Positions 53,807 to 64,000 of a stretch of DNA of 64,000 nt are shown piece by piece. A program made the translations under genes and the position numbers. Where the stretch lies: positions 36,146,001 through 36,210,000 of the forward strand of contig OX597816.1 of the NCBI GenBank assembly GCA_951406725.2. Direction: 5' to 3'. The notes beneath the pieces are model-generated. The model did no database searches. It was given only the letters and a program-made list of their open reading frames with translations, and was not told the origin of the DNA. Source of the stretch: Octopus vulgaris. Its lineage: Eukaryota. How positions within the stretch are numbered: position 1 is the first letter of the stretch; each line of letters starts with the position of its first letter.

Positions 53807-54183
53807 GCAATGGCCCAGTGGTTAGGGCAGCGGACTCGCGGTCATAGGATCGCGGTTTCGATTCCCAGACCGGGCGTTGTGAGTGTTTATTGAGCGAAAA
53901 CACCTAAAGCACCACGAGGCTCCGGCAGGGGATGGTGGTGATCCCTGCTGTACTCTTTCACCACAGCTTTCTCTCACTCTTACTTCCGGTTTCTATTGTA
54001 CCTGTATTTCAAAGGGCCGGCCTTGTCACTCTCTGTGTCACGCTGAATATCCCCGAGAACTACGTTAAGGGTACACGTGTCTGTGGAGTGCTCAGTCACT
54101 TACACGTTAATTTCACGAGCAGGCTGTTCCGTTGATTCGGATCAACCGGAACTCTCATCGTCGTAACCGACGGAGTGCTTCCA
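53807..54183 (+). mobile_element. tRNA-derived SINE family C
   Basis: GCAATGGCCCAGTGGTTAGGGCAGCGGACTCGCGGTC...GGTTTCGATTCCC; near-identical to 42334-42718. Confidence 0.9.
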
Positions 54184-54309
54184 AAAGATATGGCCTAAGG
54201 AAATACAAATTGATCTCATTATGCAAACAAAAAGTTGCATAATCAAGTACCTGCATTCTTTTAGAACTACTTTGCCTGAAAACGATTTTAAATAAAATAA
54301 AAAAAATGT

Positions 54310-54545
54310 GCCCTCTTAAAGCCTAGTGAGGCTCATGAGCCTGGTTTCCCGGTTTCAATGGCGCATGTGTTCCCCAGCTGGACGAGACTCCAGTCCATCG
54401 CAGCGTTATTCATTTTCCCCAGCTGAGTGGACTGGAGCAACGTGAAATGAAGTGTTTTGCTCAAGAACACAACGCTTCGCCCGGTCCAGAAATTGAAACC
54501 ACAATCTTACGATCATAATGCTAACCACTAAGCCACGCATCTCCA
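54310..54545 (-). mobile_element. tRNA-derived SINE family E (V/Meta-domain-like)
   Basis: Minus strand GTGGCTTAGTGGTTAG...GGTTTCAATT...GTTGTGTTCTTGAGCAAAACACTT...CTGCGATGGACTGG..TCGTCCAG. Confidence 0.75.
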
Positions 54546-55235
54546 CCGACACAATTTTAGTGAATAGTAAATAAATGTCTAGATGTACTCCTTCTTCATA
54601 ATGGCAACTTCTCAAATTTTATACTAGTACACGACGAATGCTCAAATTTAAATTTGGGAATATATAATAATACTACCGACAGATTTGAGTAATTTTGAAC
54701 GTAAACGAGCTTGACACTGTACTCTACCACCTTTCTAACGAAATAAAACATAACGTATGTGTGTGTGTGTGCGTATGTGCATGCGTGCGTATGTGCATGC
54801 GTGCGTGTGTGTACACAAACATATACATATATAAATTGACGTATCAAAGATTTCGAGGGTTGTTCGTTAACAAGACTGACTGAAATCTTAGCTTGAATAT
54901 TACGTAACTCGTGAGAATGGACGATATAATGACTCGTGTTAATCTAAGGACTGATAAAAGTAAATAGCTATTGAGGTATGTAAATGATAACTTATGTAAC
55001 CTTAAGCAAGTATCAAATGATGTTAAAGCATAGCTTTAAATAAAATTCAGATGGAACAGAAACAAGACGGGGACTCAAAACATAGGTTTCAATAGTATAA
55101 TATTCAAAGCATTATAGCTAACTGGTTTAGAGTATAAAAATAGTGTTCTAAAATAGTGCGAGCGTTTTCACCTAAAATTAACTAGAACATTTTCGGAATT
55201 GCAATTATTCAGTCAACACCCATATTTATCATTAA

Positions 55236-55632
55236 CTAGCAGTATCGCCCGGTTTTGCTCGGATTTGTAAGGGAAATAACTATATAAGCATTTTTAGAGA
55301 TGTAAAGTATAATAGCCATCTCAATATGGCTAACCACAAATGGGGGGGGGGCTACGGTAGCTTTTTACGTTCTGAGATTTAATAATAAATTTTTAGAGAG
55401 TTACTTCCCTTATATATGACAAAAATGCATTAAAAATGGGAAAAATTGATGGTAAATTCTTTTTAAAATCGTAGACTCATCGTAGACGCGCGCTAATACC
55501 AAGAAGGGCTCGATATGAATTACGACTATAAGATACCCGGTTTTGGTTAAACTGCACCGCAAAATGTGGAGTAGTTAGGAATCTAAATCGTAGGAGACAG
55601 ACAGCACACAACCTTTCTTTTATATATAAAGA
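55236..55632 (-). mobile_element. Non-autonomous Helitron, same family as 51448
   Basis: Reverse complement match; TC...CTAG between A and T. Confidence 0.85.
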
Positions 55633-56079
55633 TATAGGGTAAAGCGTACTTGATTGTATTCAAAGTAATATAAAACTCAATAATTTTATCTTTCAATTCC
55701 CATATTTTTTTCAACGAGTGACGTTTCAACTTTACCTGTATCACAACTCTAAATCTTATGAAATTGATTATATAATATACGCTAAGTTGCATTTCCGGTT
55801 TACCAATATAGGTATATGAAATCAGATTTGTCCAAACAAAATATTGTCTATAGATATTTTGTGTAAGGCAAAGTTTAAGAGGACATCGACGTTTATTTCT
55901 AAAATAACTCTACATTAATTTAATTTAAAGTTAATCATTACTGTCCTGATGTTGCAGACGAGTAATGATTAGCATTAATCCTGTTTAATCTATTCCCATT
56001 ATCCAGGATTAAATAATGTCAACGGTGTTGTTGCTATTTTGGATAATTCTTAAAATTACGTTTCTTTTTATAACTCACC

Positions 56080-56650
56080 GCATTTTCTGCGAAATTAGGG
56101 AAATTTCCGGATGAAATTCCCCTGTTGTTAGTCCAACATTGTCATCTGCGCCCCCATCTTGCATATCACTTAGCAGAATTGCATTCCTGATGTAGTGATC
56201 CAGCGCCGCGCTGGCGCAGATATGGTTGACGCCCTCATTGGCTCATCGTAGTTGCGCTAGGTGAGAAATGTTTGCCGGAAGGAGGGCTGCATGTTCCCGG
56301 AAGCAGCTTTTATCGGGTGAACTGCGTCCGCGCAGGTCGAGATTTGGTGGCCAGACGTTCTGATACATGGATATGTTGAATAGATATATGAAGAACTCCG
56401 TCATCTCTCAAGAAAGAAGGAAGGAGAAGGCCCTGCGGCGCAACGAATGGCTCCGATTGCTGAAGCTCATAATTCCAGGCATTCGGGAAGACTAGGAGCG
56501 AACACATAAGAGGCATAATTTCTCCGTTCCGTCGACTCGCTTCATCTGCAGCAGATTCCATCGCTGCAGCAGATCAAAAGCAGGCCTCGTGGCCTACATG
56601 CCAGACATGATTACAAAACTAGAACAGTCAACATCCTCCTACGATGGGCA
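56080..56650 (-). mobile_element. GC-rich decayed RT fragment, possibly R2/NeSL-like
   Basis: Across frameshifts: YLFNISMYQNVWP...ART(QF)..K....PSFRQ...DGGADDNVGL, resembling RT domains 0-2. Confidence 0.35.
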
Positions 56651-56686
56651 GCTGTATATAGCTAGCTAGCTAGATAGATAGATAGG

Positions 56687-56753
<67 letters not shown>

Positions 56754-56814
56754 TTAGATAAATGTATAGATGAATGGATTGATGGGTAACAATATATATA
56801 TTGATATACTCTCT

Positions 56815-57365
<551 letters not shown>

Positions 57366-57386
57366 CTATCTCTTCCTTTCTCTCTT

Positions 57387-57417
<31 letters not shown>

Positions 57418-57423
57418 TCATAC

Positions 57424-57454
<31 letters not shown>

Positions 57455-58296
57455 TAGAGACTATTGTTCTGTTACAGAAAAGAGAAACAACAAAATTAAA
57501 AAGAAACTATTAGCAACCTGGTTCTCAAATAGAACTGACCTTATGCACTAATTTCAAATTGATACAGACTTTTACCTTCGTTACAAACATTCTCGTAACT
57601 GACAGGAAGAATTCAGATCATTAAAATTATAGATCAATCATGCATACACGCAGACATACAAACATATGTATACATTCATATATATATATATATATATATG
57701 CGTGTGTGGGTGCGTCGGTGTGCGCGTGTGAGTATGACAGTATTTGTGTGCATGATTAGGACATTATAAATACTGCTTCTGCGCAGTAAGGAGAAATGGC
57801 TGAACATGGTAACCTTAGTAATTCTTACAGACGAATTTATTCACATAACATTCAAATCTCGGGAAAACATGCTTTGACAGCTGGAAAACAAAATGCTTGA
57901 CATAACATGAATTTAAAGTTTCTAATTCGGATGTTCTGAACGTCAAGCTATGTACACTGAAATTCTGCTGATTTTGCGAAATATAGACAGTAAAGTACGT
58001 AATTGGTATAATAGAACAGAATCTCTCTTAACATACCGGGAAAAAAATTGTTTTATATACGTGCCTGTCAATAACTGTATATAGAACTTCGTGCTGTGAG
58101 ATATAGGAACTTCTCATTGTAAAATCTGGAATAAGAAAATAGAAGTGAATCTTTAACCCGTGGAACATGACTAGGTGAAATCATATTTTTTGCTTTTATT
58201 CCAATTAATGGGGAAGAATTACATTCAGTCTCAGACATATGCATAACTTAATCCACAGAAACACAAATACATTTCTCTCTCAGTTACCATCTTCAC

Positions 58297-58337
<41 letters not shown>

Positions 58338-58454
58338 TCTTTTTCTCTCTCTCTCTCTCTCTCGATCTCCATCTCCCTCTGTACATATACATACATACTC
58401 GCGCCACGCGCGCACACACGTACACACATATATGTATGCATATACATATCAAAA

Positions 58455-58660
58455 TGCCACTACAAGTGGATCGTTGGCGTTGTTTTCCTCCGTCTTCATT
58501 TTCTCATGGACTTTCCTCTGTCTACAGGTGTTGAAGAAGAGCTTTGCTCGAATCGTGAAACTACTTTTCTTTCCCTCCCTGACCGTCTGTTAATACTTTG
58601 CATGTACCACGTCCTTGATTTTTTTCTTGTGTTTTTCTCTCTTCGTTTTCCTAGATTAAC
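58455..58660 (+). mobile_element. Solo PLE-type terminal fragment with degenerate minimal HHR
   Basis: TTGAAGA-A-GAGC-TTT-GCTC-GAAT-CG-TG-AAAC at 58531-58561; same layout as 24928-25133; ends in (TA)n. Confidence 0.55.
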
Positions 58661-58686
58661 TATATACATATATATATATATGTATG

Positions 58687-58767
<81 letters not shown>

Positions 58768-58802
58768 CATATATACATATATATGTATACATATACATAT
58801 GC

Positions 58803-58868
<66 letters not shown>

Positions 58869-58896
58869 ATATGTATGTATGTAAATATATATACAA

Positions 58897-60155
58897 CAGA
58901 TATGCAGGAAATAAATAGACACCTTTCATTTACAAAATTTCTCATCTAAGCGTCTTAATATGTTTTCAACGCTGTAGAATTTATAATCTAATTATTCTTT
59001 TTCATTCCAGGCACCATTATATTAAACATTTGCGAAGAGAAACGATGCCACGCACAAAAAATTCAGCAGAACCGTCAGATTTTCCAAGACGTCGTATTGT
59101 AGAGTAATCTAAGTCTGGTCTTAGTCAGCAAAAACTTGCCAAATATCTTCAAATTCCTATTACTACTGTTAATAGAATTCTAGTGCAATGCAAAATCCGA
59201 GGAAAATACTCAACAGATTCTCGTCCCAGTTGACCTGGGCCCTCGGAAAGGAAGCTTCCCTGTTTGAAGGGATTTGTGGAAAAAGAACCCCGTCCGAAGG
59301 CTTTTGACATTGCAAAACAGCTGGAAGTTACTCCAAGAACGTGTGTTACATATCTGCATAAGATAGGGTATTATGGACGAACAAACCTCTCCTTCAACCA
59401 ATTAATATCACGAAAAGAAAGAAATGAGCGAAGATGTCAGAAAAATCCAGTTCATTTGAGATAGAGTGATTTTCTCAGATGAATCCAGATTTGCATTATT
59501 TTCAGACAGTGGACATGTTTGGGTCGGGAGGCTTCCCAATCAAGAATTTGATTTGAAAAGACTCCAACCGATTGTGAAACATGGCGGTATATCTGAAATG
59601 GTATGGGATGCTGTCACCAGCAATGGTCGTTCTTAGCTGATCGAATGTGTTGGAACCATAAACTCTGAAAAATATATCGAAAGACTTAAGCGAGGACTAC
59701 TTCCGATGTATTAACACGATAACATGACGAAAAATGAGGTTTTATTCATGGAAGATGGGGCTCCATTCCACACAACGAAAAGGAATCAACAATGGCCGAC
59801 TAAAAATGAAATCAAAAAGCTTCCTAGGCCGAACCAATCTCCTGACATGAACCTAATTGAACATCTTTGGAGCATACTAGATAGAGCTATACGAAAAACT
59901 CGACGGAAACGTAAGTCTAAAGACAAATTGTTTCAATAGTTGCGTGAAAAGTGGGCAGAAATTCCAGAAGAGACAATCACAAAGCTCATCAGTTCAATGC
60001 CAAAAAGAGTTTCTGAATTAAAAACTACAAAGGGGATGTCAACTAAACACTAAAGCATGTTATCCTACCTATCGATTCCATTTCGATTGTTCGCTGCTTT
60101 GCGTAGTAAATAAATGATTTTGAAAATTAAAGGTCGCTATTTACTTCCTGCATGC

Positions 60156-60158
<3 letters not shown>
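58897..60158 (+). mobile_element. Tc1-like (DD34E) transposon, defective
   Basis: TIRs ATGCAGGAAATAAATAGACACCTTT / AAAGGTCGCTATTTACTTCCTGCAT; VIFSDESRF, VKHGG, MEDGAPFH, SPDMNLIEHLW; ORF remnant about 59044-60053. Confidence 0.9.
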
Positions 60159-60227
<69 letters not shown>

Positions 60228-60279
60228 GTGAAATAGATATGTGTGTATGTGTGTGACTTTGTGTGTGTGTGTAAGGAGT

Positions 60280-60570
60280 TAGAGCGCATACCTTAGTGGT
60301 TAATGTGAGCACGCACGATTGCTAGATAGTGACTTCAATACCAAGATGGTGCGTTGCGAAACACTTCATCTTACTTTGCTGTGTGATCACTTCGACACCT
60401 GGTGTGTAATACACCGTGCACCTGTTCAGAGAACGTCGATTTGATGGAGAGAGTGAGCTAATGAGAGGCACGAACATTCGATCAATTTAAACAAATAATT
60501 TGTGCTGGCCGTTTGGTAAAGATAAACGCTCACACATCCACTTAGACGGGAGAGAGTCCATCATATATAC
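60280..60570 (+). mobile_element. Old tRNA-derived SINE remnant
   Basis: CCTTAGTGGTTA A-box-like, TTCAATACC B-box-like, AAACACTTCAT core. Confidence 0.5.
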
Positions 60571-60703
60571 GTTTCAAATATTTAATACATACACACACTC
60601 GCAAATACAAATTTACTTGGAAATGTATGCGTGGCGTTATACATATATATATATCTATATCTAGCTATATATATATATATAAGCACATTCTATGAACATC
60701 TAT

Positions 60704-60776
<73 letters not shown>

Positions 60777-61318
60777 ATGTATATACGTATGTGTTTTCAA
60801 ACACACACACACGCTCGCGTATCATTCTTATACAATGATGTTGTTGACAGCGAACTCCTAGTGTGCCTCTGTGTACGTATTTATAACGATAAGTTACATC
60901 ATTACTAATAATAGTTTAGAGTTATTTCTCTTTTTAGGAAGTGTGCACTCAGAATTGAATTCTCGTACATCATTTAACAACCTTGAAGCCACTTAAATGA
61001 AGTATTTATTTATTGCAAAATACATTTAAATACTTTCTACAATAAACACATCGTTTAAATAGCTCCAAAGAAGTTATAAAACGTCACACCTGTACGTAGA
61101 TGTCAATCACGCATACCTATTGCAGAAACAGCTGTACATAAAAATAATGTGGTTACGTAACTGCTGTCTGTTATTCGTTAAACGATATTCCTTTCAAATG
61201 ATACTTTACTGTGGGGCATATTCACTTTTAACAACTGTTTATTAGTAGGCTGAATTTTTATACGTACATATGTGTGTAGTTTGATATTTCTATCCTTAAT
61301 TGCCTATCATTCTAAGTG

Positions 61319-61361
<43 letters not shown>

Positions 61362-61970
61362 CCATGATTATACTATAACCACCACTGAGCTCTTTATGAC
61401 ACATTACTTATGTTTTCAGAAACATTTGCATTTAATGTAAATACCTCAAATAAAATCCACACGTCCTATTGATTTTGTCTGAAAGCTATCGAATTGTATA
61501 AAATGGCAAACAATGATTTTATCTGCGATTGTTATTCATTTAGTACATCGATTTAATGATATAAATGTGTAAATATGTCACACCAAACAGCGTTAAATAC
61601 CTCCCAGTATAAACAATCAAATATTAATCACAGAGTTCCTATTAAATTACATCTTTAATATATGATTGAATAATATCGTTAGCCATTCAAGATATGTAGG
61701 ATATACTGTCACATAATTGTTTAATGAAATCATATAAAAACAAATGTAATTGAAATATTAATATATACACAACATGATCTGGTCCTGGTAAATTAGGTGA
61801 TACGGTTATTATTGTTTACGAAACAATATTATTCATCTTCAATTAATTTTCTTGCAATTTAAATATAATGTTAAACAAAAAAAAAAAATGACTTCGAATT
61901 CATACATGAATATTTCTAAATTATTAACTTTCTCTCTTCCACTTTTTCTCTCTCTCCTTCTTTCTCTCTC

Positions 61971-62062
<92 letters not shown>

Positions 62063-62544
62063 TAGTCTCGTTCTGGACATGCATATATTCACAACATAAT
62101 TCGTTTATTACTGATTAGTAACAAACGTACCCAGTTATATGTAAACATACGCGTAAAATATGTTTGTCTGTGTGTATCTATATTTGGACGCATAACATGT
62201 TTTCACAGTTTATATTTTCCCCAATTTTACATGTTTTTCAATATTCCAGTGCATTCAAATTATATAACAATATTCAATTAAAATTCAATTAAATATCATT
62301 TCCAAAGTACTAATGATTTGGACAAATGAGAAGTTTCATCGATTGATTAATATATTTTTCAATACACAATATAATATACTCATATTCAGAGATATGTTTA
62401 TTTGCATGCGTTATTACAGTTTTCAGCTAAATCTTTTTGTAGTCGCATTTACAATTCGCTAATATACTTCAACTGACAATTGTTATTGATTCATTAATAC
62501 ATTTATTTACACACACACATACACACATACATACATACACACAT

Positions 62545-63060
62545 ATGGCCTGGTGAAGATAACGGCAATAGAGAAGAACAATGTAAAATAATTAGATTTA
62601 TGTCCATTTAAGATGGTGTGGAATCAAAATAGGTCTAAAATCTCGATCCAGAGAGGGTGATGTTTGTCAGTTCGCCGAAAGCAATTGCCCATATTTTTGC
62701 ATTTGCTGAAAATTTTCTCATCTGGAATTCAGCAGTGTAGTGGCAATTTTAGAGCTAGAAAGGGTATACTATCTTTCAGCAAAGCATAACTTGCATTTTT
62801 TTTATCCTTTAATATATAGCATAGAATTTTCTACCTTCTTCCGCTTGATACAAGGTGCCGTGCAGTTGGTCGTCAAATCGCCATCGTGGCTAACCAGCTT
62901 AGTAGGTTTATATGTATTTAGTGGCTTTTTCCAACTTACTGGTTTTGTCCATGTGCCGGAAACTTGATGGAGGTTGACATAGAAACCTTTGAAATCATCT
63001 TCGCATAACCCGATTTAATACTTCTCGATTTGGTCATTATGCAGCGTTGCTATAACTTCT
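62545..63060 (-). mobile_element. Decayed PLE reverse transcriptase fragment
   Basis: Minus-strand Q...MG....L.NI and LFYCRYL (RYxDD-like) remnants. Confidence 0.45.
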
Positions 63061-63289
63061 GCCTTTTATATGATGGAGTTAATCATACACCCCTGCTCGA
63101 GTGGAGACGCTCCTGGATCTCGACAGTTACAATTGAGAGTAAGCCTTTAAGAAAATATCAATACACATATATATATAGATACGCTTCCCACATAAATACA
63201 ATAGTATTGACAGTGAAGCTAAGAAATTAACCAATATGGTGATAGGAACCTTCACCAGCGCGGATGCTTTTGACCCTATAATTTTGTAT

Positions 63290-63430
63290 AATTTTGAAAA
63301 TCTTAACATTCCAAACCTATCCGCCAGTCAAGAAATTTTCGATGACGCAGCGGCCTATTACATTGATGCCTTGGCGCGCAGTGGGTTTAAGGAATATATC
63401 TCGTATATGCCAGGTCTCAGGACCTGTAAA
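63290..63430 (+). mobile_element. PLE RT thumb fragment
   Basis: NLSASQEIFDDAAAYYIDALARSGFKEYISY, typical of Penelope/Poseidon-type thumb (LS..E.F..A..Y..AL..SG). Confidence 0.6.
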
Positions 63431-64000
63431 AGTCGTTTATTTTTTTCCCTCCCTTTTCGCTCAACAACGCTTGCGTGGGAAAAAGATCCCTTAGATTAGT
63501 GGACAAATACTTCACACACTCACACATATGCGATAAAACTATTGCTCCTGCAACGCAAATTATATAAAGTTTGGGATTTTGCGGAGGGTCAAAATTGCTA
63601 GCACAAACAGGTCAGTGAAAACAATCAGGAAGGGCCGTTAAGCCTAACCGTGGTTGTGGTGGCGAACGCGTAAATCAAGCCTGAACTGGAGACAGTAAAG
63701 AACACGTCTTCTTTGCTCCACCTACAAACGGAGAGAAGGAAAGAAACACGAGTTATGAGTAGTAATATTACCGATGGTCACGTGTGAGCCACGTGAGGAA
63801 GGGAGGAGTGAGGGGGAGAGAAAGTACCATTCTTCCTCCCTTGCGCACGTGGCTCCCACGTGATCATCGGTCGTCTTTCTTTCTTCTCCTAACTTGTGTT
63901 TCTTTATTTATACATTCAGTATCTAATTTCGAATTCAGATGTTTTAGTGCTTGGCACATTGTGAACCATCTTTATGTAAGAAGAGATTCATATAAATTGA

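Noticed and set aside
53807-53880. tRNA-like sequence (also 42645-42718 and heads of families A, B and E)
   Set aside because: Continues into a shared SINE body and lacks a proper acceptor stem; SINE heads, not tRNA genes

Overview
AT-rich, microsatellite-dense animal genomic DNA. The tRNA-derived SINE families and the abundant (TA)n/(GATA)n tracts suggest an octopus or other coleoid cephalopod, but that is an inference. No host protein-coding exon could be supported, so this looks intronic or intergenic and is almost entirely mobile-element debris. It holds at least 4 tRNA-SINE families (about 20 copies), two mariners, a Tc1, a DD37D/maT-like element, non-autonomous Helitrons, decayed LINEs (L1/Tx1-like, R4/Dong-like REL, RTE, CR1/L2-like) and several Penelope-like (PLE; RT + GIY-YIG) fragments. 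The most notable signal is a set of distinct hammerhead-ribozyme (HHR)-bearing elements, each abutting (TA)n-type microsatellites. These are: (i) a non-coding 478-nt-unit retrozyme-like element with an intact type I HHR (24227-24882); (ii) a perfect 140-bp palindrome that encodes a complete HHR on both strands (43713-43852); (iii) a PLE terminal repeat whose minimal HHR has a CUGUUGA core variant in two copies (24997, 32752); and (iv) several degenerate HHRs. Structures were folded by eye; no ribozyme activity or database novelty could be tested.
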